A stretch of DNA of 61,628 bases from a virus. A program made the position numbers and the translations under genes. Positions within the stretch are counted from its first letter, which is position 1. Every line of letters begins with the position of its first letter. The notes beneath the pieces are model-generated. The model had not been told where the DNA came from and did no database searches. It saw only the letters and a program-made list of their open reading frames with translations. The stretch lies in UHGV virus genome UHGV-1709118, one strand, 5' to 3'. This document shows, piece by piece, positions 29,831 to 40,303 of this stretch.

Positions 29831-29849
29831 TCCTTTTTCTCCTTTAGCT

Positions 29850-30815
29850 TTAGAATAATGATTCTACCACTATTGTTTTTGTTTCTACAATATAGTCTTT
29901 ATACCATTCTAAAGTAAATTGTCCACTAACCGATTTTTGCCAAATTACTTTAACCCGCAAATCATCGACAGGAATTAAACAAACTGGATAATTTTCAACA
30001 ACTTTCCATTTTCCTCCCACATCTGGGGCTTCATATATTTCAGCAATATTAGGTTTAATAAAAGTTTCTCCCTTTATAATTGTATCAGGAGATGGATCAA
30101 CAGGCTCTATAACTAAACCATTTTTAATTTCTTCTATTTTATCATCTGTTTCCTTATTAATATAATATTCTTCCGCATTAACTTCAATAATATTCTTCAT
30201 TGAAATTGAATCTGGAGCTTGTACTTGCCAGCATTTTCCAGCAAATAAAAATTCTGAATATCTATCAAAAGCAAATAAAGTTTGTTCATTTTTAGGTAAT
30301 AAAATATTTAAACTTAAATTTGGTTTATCAACTCGGACTTGTCCTTTTTGGATAGATTCAATTTGTGTTTCCACAGGGCCTCTAATCGCCGCCCAAGTAG
30401 AACAAATATTTCCTTTTTCATCCTTAAATTTTATTTTATGGCGACAAAGCCTAATTTCACCTCTAAAATAAGCGTCCTCTGTTAAGGCTCTTAAATAAAT
30501 AATCCAATTAGTATCAGTGCCAACCCACTTAAAAATATCTCCTAAATCATAATTATATTTATAATCAATAGAAAGAACTTTATCATCATAGTCTTGTTTT
30601 AATTTATCAGGATTAATCAAAGCTCTATATTGCGGTTGAATCTCTTCTAATTCAAAACAATCTGTATATTTTTGAACTAATTCTACATTACAACCTTGAT
30701 AAGAATATAATAAACTTTTTAAGAAAGCTCTATACTTATCATTTATCATTCTATCCTCTTGCTTTAATCCACCAAAATATTCAAGACGTTTGTGCATTAA
30801 TTCTAAATTATTCAT
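29850..30815 (-). CDS. structural protein, hypothetical
   Basis: 321-aa ORF. Confidence 0.35.
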   Translation of the reverse strand: MNNLELMHKRLEYFGGLKQEDRMINDKYRAFLKSLLYSYQGCNVELVQKYTDCFELEEIQPQYRALINPDKLKQDYDDKVLSIDYKYNYDLGDIFKWVGTDTNWIIYLRALTEDAYFRGEIRLCRHKIKFKDEKGNICSTWAAIRGPVETQIESIQKGQVRVDKPNLSLNILLPKNEQTLFAFDRYSEFLFAGKCWQVQAPDSISMKNIIEVNAEEYYINKETDDKIEEIKNGLVIEPVDPSPDTIIKGETFIKPNIAEIYEAPDVGGKWKVVENYPVCLIPVDDLRVKVIWQKSVSGQFTLEWYKDYIVETKTIVVESLF

Positions 30816-31113
30816 AAGGCATTAACCTCACTAATAAATCTATACAACGAAAAACTGTTTTTCTATATATCATAAAATCATTACAAACTTCAGATTTTAA
30901 TCCTTCAAGTTTAGATAATAAAACTAAAAAATCAATTTGATTTTGATATATTTCATTTAATCCACTAATTTCTTCTATCATTACTGATAAATGTGTATCC
31001 CAAGGTTCATTATTTTCTCTCATTGGAATTAATTTCCATAATTGATTAACCAATCTATGAGTGTCTGCTTTAATCACTTTTTTATCAAACTCAAAATTAT
31101 ATTTATTAATCAT
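30808..31113 (-). CDS. head-tail adaptor candidate
   Basis: 101-aa ORF, overlapping neighbours. Confidence 0.3.
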   Translation of the reverse strand: MINKYNFEFDKKVIKADTHRLVNQLWKLIPMRENNEPWDTHLSVMIEEISGLNEIYQNQIDFLVLLSKLEGLKSEVCNDFMIYRKTVFRCIDLLVRLMPYE

Positions 31114-31600
31114 TAAAGGTACTTATCTCCGCAAGAGTAGACCAATTAGATTTAATTGACCCCTTAGAATCAATAATTTTTCTACGTTTGTATAAACGTT
31201 GCATGTGGCGATCTTGTCTTTCGCCTTCTTGTTTAAGTTTGATAAGTTTATCTAAATGATTAGCTTGACTGGTCATTTTGAAATCAGAACCTGAAAATTT
31301 TTGCCTAGTATTTTCAATAGAAGCTACTTGTCTTTGAAGCCAAGTATTATACATTAAAATAGCGAGGATATTTATTTCCTCGCTAGTTAAATGACAATTA
31401 TAAGAATCTTCATTGTAATCATATAAAGGAAAACGTGGAAATTCAAAACCAGGAATAGCATCAATTAAAATATTTTTTACATCTTTTTCAGTATCCTCTT
31501 TTGTCCATTCCACATACATATCATCAGTAATTTTGCCAAAAAATCTATCATAAATTTCTTTAAAAGTAGTATTTGGCCCAGTGATAGGATAATCTGACAT
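31106..31600 (-). CDS. head completion protein candidate
   Basis: 164-aa ORF. Confidence 0.3.
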   Translation of the reverse strand: MSDYPITGPNTTFKEIYDRFFGKITDDMYVEWTKEDTEKDVKNILIDAIPGFEFPRFPLYDYNEDSYNCHLTSEEINILAILMYNTWLQRQVASIENTRQKFSGSDFKMTSQANHLDKLIKLKQEGERQDRHMQRLYKRRKIIDSKGSIKSNWSTLAEISTFND

Positions 31601-31620
31601 AATAATGTCCTCCTTTATAT

Positions 31621-32178
31621 TTACTCGTCTTTCTTTACAATCTTTTTATAAGTAGGATTAGAGCGACGCTTAGTTGTCTCTATCTGCTGACCAGGGGCGA
31701 CGGTTTTTCCATCTTCTGTTTCAACAGAAGCATTAATAATCGCTTTATCAACATCAAATTTTAACTGTTCTTTTAAAGCTTCTCTTTTATCTGCGGCATT
31801 AAGAGGAACCTCAACTGCGTACTTTTTAATTAAGCTAATGATTCCTTCGGGAGCAAAATCAAGAGCATCCTTAAACTCATTAAGAGAACAAGAATTAATC
31901 CACTTAGGAATATCGCTTTCCTTTAACCAATATTCGGGTTGTTCTTTAATATTTAAAGCACTTTCTAAAGCTTCTGCATTTTGAACAAATAAATAATTAT
32001 AAATTAATTCTCTACCTCCAGGCTGCTGCGCTAAAGCAAGAAGTTCACCATAAGGAATTTTTTTAGTTTCTTTGCGGTTAAACTCTCTACTTACATGCAT
32101 GTCTGGAACAGAATAAATCACAATACCATTACTACGATTAGTCACCTGTAAAATAGTATCTTTATTAAAATTTTCCAT
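31621..32178 (-). CDS. hypothetical structural protein
   Basis: 185-aa ORF downstream of capsid terminator. Confidence 0.3.
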   Translation of the reverse strand: MENFNKDTILQVTNRSNGIVIYSVPDMHVSREFNRKETKKIPYGELLALAQQPGGRELIYNYLFVQNAEALESALNIKEQPEYWLKESDIPKWINSCSLNEFKDALDFAPEGIISLIKKYAVEVPLNAADKREALKEQLKFDVDKAIINASVETEDGKTVAPGQQIETTKRRSNPTYKKIVKKDE

Positions 32179-32210
32179 TATAAATTCTCCTTTTTCTCAA
32201 AAAAAATAAA

Positions 32211-32238
32211 GGGGAGAAGGGAAAATCCCCTTCTCCCC
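32211..32238 (-). terminator. rho-independent terminator after major capsid gene
   Basis: 11-bp GC stem ggggagaaggg-aaaat-ccccttctcccc followed by T-run on minus strand. Confidence 0.65.
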
Positions 32239-32270
32239 TATTATTATTATATCTTATTTTTCAGAAATAA

Positions 32271-33308
32271 TCAAGATAGATCAACCTTATTATCAAGTTT
32301 ACCAGCAAGAGTGGTATCAACATAGGAGCAAATGTTATTAGTCAACATAACACCCACGCCAACCTTACGGTAAACCTGAATATCACGAGACCAATCTTCA
32401 TTCTCGCGCTCACGGACATGGGTAACACCCTCAAAAGCAATCTTGACAGGACGGCTATCTGCACCTGCGGGAATCACCCAAGCATAACCAGGATCAATGA
32501 CCTTACGGCTATTGGTTTCATCCTCAAAAGACTGAGGAAGAACAATAACTTGACAACCCTTGTAATTACCAAGATAACCCTGGCTCCACATCTCATCACG
32601 CATATTATCAGAAACCCAACCAGTAGCAGGAATCATTTTAACGGCGAACTCATAAGTACAGTAAATAGTAGGCTTACCATAAGCAGAAGCAGTCTGAATC
32701 AAATGATCCATACCAACCTCATTAAAGCCATTAGTCTGAACAGTATTGGCTTGAGGCAACTGAGAAATAGAACCCATTAGAGCTGCGGCAATCTCACGAT
32801 AAATCAGCTCATCCATGCCTTCCATAATAATATTGGTTAGCTCTGCAAAATCAGCACGACCATCCAAAAATTCCTCAAAACCGATCTGAGCAGCTCCGCC
32901 GATAGCGCTTGTCTGAACTTCAAAGCTCTCTTGACCAAGCTTAAAGACTTCATACACGCCAGCCAGACCAACACGAGTAACGAACTGCTTAGCTCTCATA
33001 GTACCCATCTTACGAGTAAAGACAGGACGATCACCCTGGTTAAAAGTCTTAGACTCAGCAAATTGACCATAGCGCTCTAAAACACGAGCAGGAAGAACCT
33101 CATTCATAGTCTCTTCTAATAAAGAGAAAATTAAATTCTTATTTTCACGATATAAAGAATAAGTACCAGCAAGAGCATTTAGCTCATCACGCAAAGTATT
33201 ATTCATTTCTTCATAAGTCATAGAAACTTTTTGAAAACTATAAGTCTTTGAAGGCTCACTCTTAGCAACAGCCTTCATTAAAGCTAAAAGATCATTCTTC
33301 TGTAACAT
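32271..33308 (-). CDS. major capsid protein candidate
   Basis: 345-aa ORF after scaffold-like gene, followed by strong terminator; elevated GC. Confidence 0.6.
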   Translation of the reverse strand: MLQKNDLLALMKAVAKSEPSKTYSFQKVSMTYEEMNNTLRDELNALAGTYSLYRENKNLIFSLLEETMNEVLPARVLERYGQFAESKTFNQGDRPVFTRKMGTMRAKQFVTRVGLAGVYEVFKLGQESFEVQTSAIGGAAQIGFEEFLDGRADFAELTNIIMEGMDELIYREIAAALMGSISQLPQANTVQTNGFNEVGMDHLIQTASAYGKPTIYCTYEFAVKMIPATGWVSDNMRDEMWSQGYLGNYKGCQVIVLPQSFEDETNSRKVIDPGYAWVIPAGADSRPVKIAFEGVTHVRERENEDWSRDIQVYRKVGVGVMLTNNICSYVDTTLAGKLDNKVDLS

Positions 33309-33326
33309 TTACACTTTCTCCTTTCA

Positions 33327-33989
33327 TCAAGCAATACGCTGTAATTTAACTGCGGGCTGATTATCGGCTAAAGTATAAACCTTAACAACAATCCACTTCA
33401 TATCGCCAGCACCGGCGGAAGCAGCAGAAGCCTTATTCAAAAAGCCCTTCTCGTTAGGAGCTAATTCATCGCCCTCTTGTAGGCTAGTTTCATCAACACC
33501 ATTGGTAGTATAAATATCGCCGACATTAGTCTTGATAACACGAGGAACCATAGTAGTGCCATCAGCCATATTCTGAGGATAACTTAACTTAGGAATATCC
33601 CAAGTAAAGCCCTCGCTGGAACCCTCACGGAAAGCAGCCTTACTATAATCCATCACATGTTCTAAATCAGAATTACTCTGACCAACAGGACTATAAACAC
33701 GAGCATTATAATTCTGCTTAATCATAGCAAAATCTTCATAAGTCTCACGGTCTCTATAAGTCTTAACTTCATTAAAGACCATCATCCACTCGCCCTTACC
33801 AGTGAAATTAACTTCTTTATTCACATAGTCATACTTCACAAACTGGCCATTTTCCAAAACTTCAATATCACTCTTAGCGGGAAGCTGTGCGTAAATCTGA
33901 CCAGTGCGCTGAGCAGATAAATGGTTAGGCTCGACCTGGCTATAACCACGCTTAACAAACTGAGCACCGCTTAATCTTTTAATTGCCAT
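33327..33989 (-). CDS. capsid-associated protein (decoration or scaffold) candidate
   Basis: 220-aa GC-rich ORF immediately upstream of capsid gene. Confidence 0.35.
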   Translation of the reverse strand: MAIKRLSGAQFVKRGYSQVEPNHLSAQRTGQIYAQLPAKSDIEVLENGQFVKYDYVNKEVNFTGKGEWMMVFNEVKTYRDRETYEDFAMIKQNYNARVYSPVGQSNSDLEHVMDYSKAAFREGSSEGFTWDIPKLSYPQNMADGTTMVPRVIKTNVGDIYTTNGVDETSLQEGDELAPNEKGFLNKASAASAGAGDMKWIVVKVYTLADNQPAVKLQRIA

Positions 33990-34006
33990 TTGTTATATCC
34001 TCCTTA

Positions 34007-35305
34007 TTACATTCCTTTTACAGCTTTCACCCAATCAGGTAAAGCATTAGTATCTTCCTGCTTAGCAATATTATTTAAATTAAAGCTAGTAGGAGCAGAA
34101 TCATCTTTTTTAGAAGCATTGTCAGGATCTAAATCAAAATTAACTTTCTTACGGAAAGCAATAACAGATAACTTAGATTCAATATCTTCTAAACTATATT
34201 TATCAATATTTTCAGAAACATCTTTCTTATCTTCATCAGAAAGCATAAAGAATTTACTAATAATATCTTCCTTACTCTTTCTATCAGCTTTAAGCTTAAA
34301 ATCTCTTAAAGGCTCAATTTCAGCAGTTAAATCTTCATTTGTTTTCTTTAAAACTGCAAAATCGGTAGCAAGATTATCATATTTAGCTTTTAGCTCAACA
34401 TATTCTGTAATCTCAGATAAGTTATATTCCTTCTTCTTCTTATCCTCATTTTCATCCTTATTTTCTTGCTCAGAATTGCCCTCAGACTTTTGATTTTTCT
34501 TAGAATCATCAGGTTCATTAGTAGTTTTATTCTGATCCTGGTTCTTCTCAGGCTCTTCGTTCTCTTTATTTTTAGCATAAGAGTTATCAGGTTCAACAAT
34601 CTGATTCTCAGGCTCATTATTTAAATTCTTGTTCTCAGCCATTTGATTTGCCAGACCTCCTTTTATATTATCAAGTAATGTATATATATTTTGTCGTAAT
34701 TGCGTAATTTGACCTAAAGCAAACTCTGACATTATTTGAGCGCCTTCAAAACAAGGCTCAAAATTTTCGCCTAAAATACAGAGTTTATCAATTACCGCTT
34801 CATTGATAATAAAGAATCTCTCATTAGAATTGTTACTTCCTGTCCAAGAACCTTGAACTTTTCCTAATTCCATAGATTGATTATTACCTTTCTCTATAAT
34901 TCTTTGACTTTCTGGATAAATACCTGTCCAAATTTGTCCTTCAGTCATTAAATATTCTCTAATTACTCCATCAGCATCTTGAAATTTTTGAAACCAAACC
35001 TTAGCTTGTGAGTCAATATAACCATAAGGCTTAGTCATATCAATTAAAGCAAAAGTACCATTATCATTAATTTGAATATCTCGATTATGCTCTTCAAAAT
35101 CCTGAGAGTCAAAATTATAATATCCAACAATAGGCGAACCAGGTAATTTACTACCCATTTTCCAAGCTACTTCTTTAGATATGTTAGTATGGTTGCGGTT
35201 ATCGCCCACATATAATACTTTTATTTGACAATAAGAAACATTAGGATTATCTTCTCGAATATTAATAAGCTCGACTGAATTTTCTATTGGTATACTTGTA
35301 TACAT
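34007..35305 (-). CDS. head morphogenesis/scaffolding protein candidate
   Basis: 432-aa ORF with highly charged (K/E/D/N-rich) central region, between portal and capsid. Confidence 0.45.
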   Translation of the reverse strand: MYTSIPIENSVELINIREDNPNVSYCQIKVLYVGDNRNHTNISKEVAWKMGSKLPGSPIVGYYNFDSQDFEEHNRDIQINDNGTFALIDMTKPYGYIDSQAKVWFQKFQDADGVIREYLMTEGQIWTGIYPESQRIIEKGNNQSMELGKVQGSWTGSNNSNERFFIINEAVIDKLCILGENFEPCFEGAQIMSEFALGQITQLRQNIYTLLDNIKGGLANQMAENKNLNNEPENQIVEPDNSYAKNKENEEPEKNQDQNKTTNEPDDSKKNQKSEGNSEQENKDENEDKKKKEYNLSEITEYVELKAKYDNLATDFAVLKKTNEDLTAEIEPLRDFKLKADRKSKEDIISKFFMLSDEDKKDVSENIDKYSLEDIESKLSVIAFRKKVNFDLDPDNASKKDDSAPTSFNLNNIAKQEDTNALPDWVKAVKGM

Positions 35306-35320
35306 ATTATTTTTTCCTCC

Positions 35321-36943
35321 TTAATTCATAGCTGCTCTATTGGCTATTGTTTTATCACTTTTCTGTTCATCTGCTTTTTCAGGTCTGCCAGCTCCAGTTT
35401 CTTGCTGTTGTTGTATTTTAGCCTGAGCATTATTATTATCTTTATTATTATTATTAAGGTTTTTACTACTCATAGTAGAACTCATCATAGGAGGAATCAT
35501 AATATCAGAAAGCTTCAATATATCATTCTCAAACTGAATAGAAGCTAAAATACTTGATTGAGAATGTCCTAAAGCAATTTGCGGTAACATTTTTGAATAA
35601 CCAATTTGAGTTTGTTCTTTATACATTTTGGACAAATCTTTATAATTATAAATAGTTGTCTCTAAAATGCAAACTTTAAAATTATAAGAATTTTTATTAA
35701 ACTTTTTAACAATTCTATTTAAAAGATTTTGATATTGATAAATCAAATCTCTCATTACTGCTTCATCATTGGCTATTGATTTTTCCAAAGATAAATTACC
35801 ATCTGTATTAAATAGATTTTGAGACACACCCAAATTATTATAAACAGTACGTTCAACTTTTTCTAAATCATCAGTTTTAGTTGTACTATTAGAATCTTGC
35901 ATATCTGCAACATCAATATCAGCAAAAGTAGTAAGAACATCCACTCCCACTGCCCGACGAAGCATCGCAACCGCATTATTATGTATATCTTTTGCTTCAT
36001 CAACGTCAAAAATTAAATCACCATTTTTATCTAATGGTAATTTTTGAATAACAATTTTTAATAATTGCTGCATAGTTTTTTTTCTATCTAATTCTTGCGC
36101 CTGGTCTAAATCTATAATTGAAGGAATTGCTCCTACCAACATAGGAAAATCATTATCGCCTAAATTAAATTTTACAGTACAATCTGGGTCTAACATTGCC
36201 CAACCCATTGAATCTCCAGGATAATCACCTTTAAGTCTATTTTCTTCATAATCTACATAAGCTTTTTGAATTTCTTTAGGAAACATTTTTAAAACTTTTA
36301 TTCTATACTGCGGATCAGTAAAATAAACATTAAAAAAACTCATATGCAATTCAACAACAGGATCAATACCTCTATTAAATCTACTGCGGCAATACTTTGC
36401 AGGTAACTGTTGTATACTAAATTTATCATTAAATTCTAAAATATAACCATAATAAGAACCACATTTAATTACTTCTAATGCAATATTTCCAAAAAGACGT
36501 TTAATATCAGAATTATCTAAATAATCTAAAGCTTTCATAAAATCATTTAATACTTTTTTTGATTCTTTAGCTCGATTATTATTAACAAAAGAAGTAGTAA
36601 CAAACCAATCATATTTATACAATAGAGCTAAATATTTACACATTCTTTGATAAATACCGCTAGCCTCATAAAAATATTTAGAAACTTCTCTTAAAGTTTC
36701 ATAATCATGTTTATCAATAGCATTAAGAATAAAAGCCTTATCGCCATAATTGCGGTTTACTTTTCTATAAATACCTAAGTTCATTACCGCATCATCTAAA
36801 GTTTTTAAGCCTACTCGAATTTTTGAAAAATCTTCCGGCACACTATCTTTTCCAAATTGAGCTTCATATTCTGATTTAGTAATAGGATTTCCGCGTAGCA
36901 TATTAAAACCTTTATTTTTAATTTCTACTTGTCTATCTCGCAT
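35321..36943 (-). CDS. portal protein candidate
   Basis: 540-aa ORF immediately downstream of terminase/endonuclease. Confidence 0.6.
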   Translation of the reverse strand: MRDRQVEIKNKGFNMLRGNPITKSEYEAQFGKDSVPEDFSKIRVGLKTLDDAVMNLGIYRKVNRNYGDKAFILNAIDKHDYETLREVSKYFYEASGIYQRMCKYLALLYKYDWFVTTSFVNNNRAKESKKVLNDFMKALDYLDNSDIKRLFGNIALEVIKCGSYYGYILEFNDKFSIQQLPAKYCRSRFNRGIDPVVELHMSFFNVYFTDPQYRIKVLKMFPKEIQKAYVDYEENRLKGDYPGDSMGWAMLDPDCTVKFNLGDNDFPMLVGAIPSIIDLDQAQELDRKKTMQQLLKIVIQKLPLDKNGDLIFDVDEAKDIHNNAVAMLRRAVGVDVLTTFADIDVADMQDSNSTTKTDDLEKVERTVYNNLGVSQNLFNTDGNLSLEKSIANDEAVMRDLIYQYQNLLNRIVKKFNKNSYNFKVCILETTIYNYKDLSKMYKEQTQIGYSKMLPQIALGHSQSSILASIQFENDILKLSDIMIPPMMSSTMSSKNLNNNNKDNNNAQAKIQQQQETGAGRPEKADEQKSDKTIANRAAMN

Positions 36944-36962
36944 TTAAATAATTCACCTCCTA

Positions 36963-37331
36963 TTAATATCCAGCTTTTTTCATAATATAATCATAACTGA
37001 TTAAATTTTCTTCGGTATAGGGAATTTCTATCAAATTTATATTTTTTAATGCACAAAATCTACGCTTTTGCTTATCATTATAATTCTGTTGATGTAATCC
37101 TCTACTACCACCAAATTTACTAACTGGCATGTAATGCTGTTTTCCTTGATATTCAATTAAAAAATCTAAATTATCATCATCATCAAAAACAGCAAAATCA
37201 AATCTAAGAGGTCTTCCATTTGAACTTGCTAAACCAGGAAACTCATATTCTTCTTTAAAATTAAGATTATTATTTCTTAAAATTTCTTCAATTTTAATTT
37301 CTGCTCTTGAAGCCCTCATTATTTTCACCAC
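36963..37331 (-). CDS. small endonuclease-like protein (possible homing endonuclease)
   Basis: 122-aa ORF with R-F-D-F ... L-I-E-Y-Q-G-K-Q-H motif reminiscent of PD-(D/E)xK / Vsr-type nucleases, inserted between terminase and portal. Confidence 0.35.
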   Translation of the reverse strand: MVKIMRASRAEIKIEEILRNNNLNFKEEYEFPGLASSNGRPLRFDFAVFDDDDNLDFLIEYQGKQHYMPVSKFGGSRGLHQQNYNDKQKRRFCALKNINLIEIPYTEENLISYDYIMKKAGY

Positions 37332-37340
37332 CTTTTAAAT

Positions 37341-37371
37341 TTATGAACTAAGAGTTTTTACTCTTAGTTCA
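37341..37371 (-). terminator. hairpin between terminase and endonuclease genes
   Basis: atgaactaagagt-tttt-actcttagttcat 13-bp stem. Confidence 0.4.
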
Positions 37372-39109
37372 TAAACATCAAATCTGCTACCTTAAAATGT
37401 TTGCGCTTACGTCTATTATCTTCCTCTTGTTTAATGTAATATAAACCATATTCTAAAGAAGATACTTTATCTTTTTTAATTTTTCTATTTACTTGTTTGA
37501 GAATAATATTAACACCTTCGTTTTCTTCTCGAAGGTTAGTTAGCTCTTCTTTAAGTATGGAAGTTAGACTAAATGGAATAACATATTTTGACCTTTCTCG
37601 TGGAGTCATACCTTGGCCCAATTTAGTTTCCATTAATTTCATCATTGCTTCACGTTCATCAAGTAAAAATTTTACTTTACCAGCATTTAATTGTGTTTGC
37701 AAATTAGCATGAGCTTCAGTATTAATTGTAGCATTTGCTTTAATTAAATACATTGCTTCATCTTCTGTATCATCAGTTCTAAATTTTTTATAATAATTTT
37801 CTTCATCATTATAAACACCAAAAGGTGGATAATATTCACCTGTTTTATCATCTTCTTGGACTTTTATCATATAATCAATAAGTCCAATACCTAAGCCATT
37901 CGCGTCTATTACCAAACGTTTTGCTTTATATTTATAATATAATTTTTTCAACATAATAGCTTGATTTTCAAAATGCTCATCTTCCATAGTTACTATATTA
38001 ACTAAGGATTTAATGGATGGGCCTTGTGGTTGCGGAATGACCTTTAAAATGCAAGCAACTGTATCGCAACCTTTACGTCCAACGTCTACAGAAACTACAT
38101 AATAAGAAGAAGCAGATGATCTTCCAGAATATTCATATTCTGGTTTTTGAATTTTTCTGTTTCTATCAAAAACCTCACTGTTAAAGAAAGCATCTTCAAC
38201 TGTTCCACTCCAGATCGACTCGTACTCTCGACCAAAGGAAGCTTCATTAAAAGTAGGGTCACGCTTTAAATTAATTAAGAAATCAGAATCTAATAATCCG
38301 ACTAACACAGGTATACGCCAAGAACCACCCATAACAATACTTTGCCCTGGATCAACCACCATACGTACTAACAAAGTAATAAGTTTTTCATAGGGAAATG
38401 TATTCTTCCAACCGGCTGTTGTAACGTATATCTGCGACTTATTTAAGGATTCTTCGGGGTGGACAGAACCATCCATACATCTACGTGAAACGTTCATTGT
38501 AGGGATTATCACTTCATTTAGTATAGTTCCATCTACACCAACGCATTCCTCAACTAGTCCGCCATGTCTACGTTTACCACGTGAACTTTCTTTAGCCGCT
38601 ACAATATCAAAATAACTACCACTTTTAAATTTATATATACAATAATCTTTACTAATTTGAGTTTGTCCTCTTCCCCAATCAATTTCTTTTTTAAAAGCTG
38701 GTACAAGTTTACATATTTCTTCTACCTTTTCTTTCACAATTGTAGCTGCCTGCTCTTTACCACCGGAAGTAACAAACAACTTTGCACCAGGGTAAAGTAC
38801 ACAACGACACATTAAAACCAGAATCGAAAGAAAAGATTTACTGTACGCTCGAGGAAAGGTCATGTATACATATTTATAACGCATCGCAGCTCTAAGAAAG
38901 ACCCGCTGATAGTAGTAAAATTCTAGTTGTTTTTTACGAGAACTATCTCCTCCGTCCTGTAAAAAATCCACAAATAAATCTGGATATTCTCGCCAAAAAG
39001 AAATATATTGACGAGCAACAGGTAAAATAGCTCTTATTCTCTCTTCTGAAATACCTATTTTTTTTCTATTATTAGATAATTCTAATAATTGTTGTAATGC
39101 CATTATCAT
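37364..39109 (-). CDS. terminase large subunit
   Basis: 581-aa ORF; Walker-A-like PRAYSKSF, nuclease-like VSVDVGRKG and LVIDANGLG segments; sits before portal. Confidence 0.7.
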   Translation of the reverse strand: MIMALQQLLELSNNRKKIGISEERIRAILPVARQYISFWREYPDLFVDFLQDGGDSSRKKQLEFYYYQRVFLRAAMRYKYVYMTFPRAYSKSFLSILVLMCRCVLYPGAKLFVTSGGKEQAATIVKEKVEEICKLVPAFKKEIDWGRGQTQISKDYCIYKFKSGSYFDIVAAKESSRGKRRHGGLVEECVGVDGTILNEVIIPTMNVSRRCMDGSVHPEESLNKSQIYVTTAGWKNTFPYEKLITLLVRMVVDPGQSIVMGGSWRIPVLVGLLDSDFLINLKRDPTFNEASFGREYESIWSGTVEDAFFNSEVFDRNRKIQKPEYEYSGRSSASSYYVVSVDVGRKGCDTVACILKVIPQPQGPSIKSLVNIVTMEDEHFENQAIMLKKLYYKYKAKRLVIDANGLGIGLIDYMIKVQEDDKTGEYYPPFGVYNDEENYYKKFRTDDTEDEAMYLIKANATINTEAHANLQTQLNAGKVKFLLDEREAMMKLMETKLGQGMTPRERSKYVIPFSLTSILKEELTNLREENEGVNIILKQVNRKIKKDKVSSLEYGLYYIKQEEDNRRKRKHFKVADLMFMN

Positions 39110-40301
39110 TCTCCCCTCTCAAGAGAAGCATAAAAAGCATCATCCTCTTCTTGTTGTTTTTGTTCCATTTTCTTAAATTCTAAATAATCTTCATCTTTAA
39201 TAGGTTCAGCTTCATCTTTGAATAATTGTTTTTCAAAAGTTTCTTCTGAATCTACTTCATCTGTATTTGCTAATGCTTCTCTTTCTTTATCTCTTTGAAT
39301 TTCTTTCATAGAAGCTTCAATCATATTACCCAAATTAGTCTCTTCCAAAACTAAACGTCTTGTATAATTTTGAATATCTTCTAATGTTCTATCAACTTTA
39401 TCTTTTGGTTGATCTACATAATATTTAGGAATAAAACCATCTTTTTCACAAATACTAACTAACTCACCGATTGAATCAATAAATTCTCCATCTGCTTCTT
39501 TATTCTGAGCAGCAGTAAAACGACCACTCTTCATAAGTGAATCATATACTTTAGATATTTTTTGAAATCCTTCAACGTCATTAACATCAATAAGTTGATT
39601 AGCTTTCAAAGATGCTTTACAAATCATAATAAGAGTATCTTTATGACCAGCACTTTGAATATCATAAGAAGCCATCATATCTTCATACAACTGTTCCATT
39701 TTAATCCATTCTTCTGGTCTATAACCCTTACCCCATTTTAATCGCAAATAAGTTTTATCTTCTTCAGTAAGTTTATCAGAAAAGTCATCCTCTTCTTCGG
39801 GAAAATCAGAAGAAGAAATATCAGCGTTTTTAGAATCTAAAATTCGTGTAAGATCCGGTTTATCTGGTCGATGATCTACTTTAAGTTCTTTTTCAATCTC
39901 TTCTCCTGACAAACCAGCAGCTTGCATTATTTTAATTTTTTCTTGCCGATTTTCTTCTTGAAGTCTTTCTGTATCTTCCCAATGGTAACTTTTCCATTGC
40001 TTTAATTTCATTTTAGAAAGATAGCGCCCAAGAATAGTAGTGCCTGTAAGTTTTTTGGGGTCTGCACTATATTTTTCTAATACTTTATTCCACTCATCTT
40101 CTATATATGGTACATCAATTTCTTGTAAAATCCACTTGAAAGTTTCTGGATCCCAATTATCTACATGCATAGTGAGACATTTTTTACATTGTCTCATCAC
40201 ACCGCCATTAGGATATTTTTCAAGATTTTTAGACAAATAAAACTGATTAACTGACATGGTGCGACCACATTTTTCGCAATAAGCTGTTTCTCCCGCCATA
40301 A
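39106..40301 (-). CDS. Zn-ribbon protein, possible terminase small subunit
   Basis: N-terminal CxxC...CxxC, acidic C-terminus; start placed at MAGETAY with RBS (track ORF extends to 40410). Confidence 0.35.
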
Positions 40302-40303
40302 CT

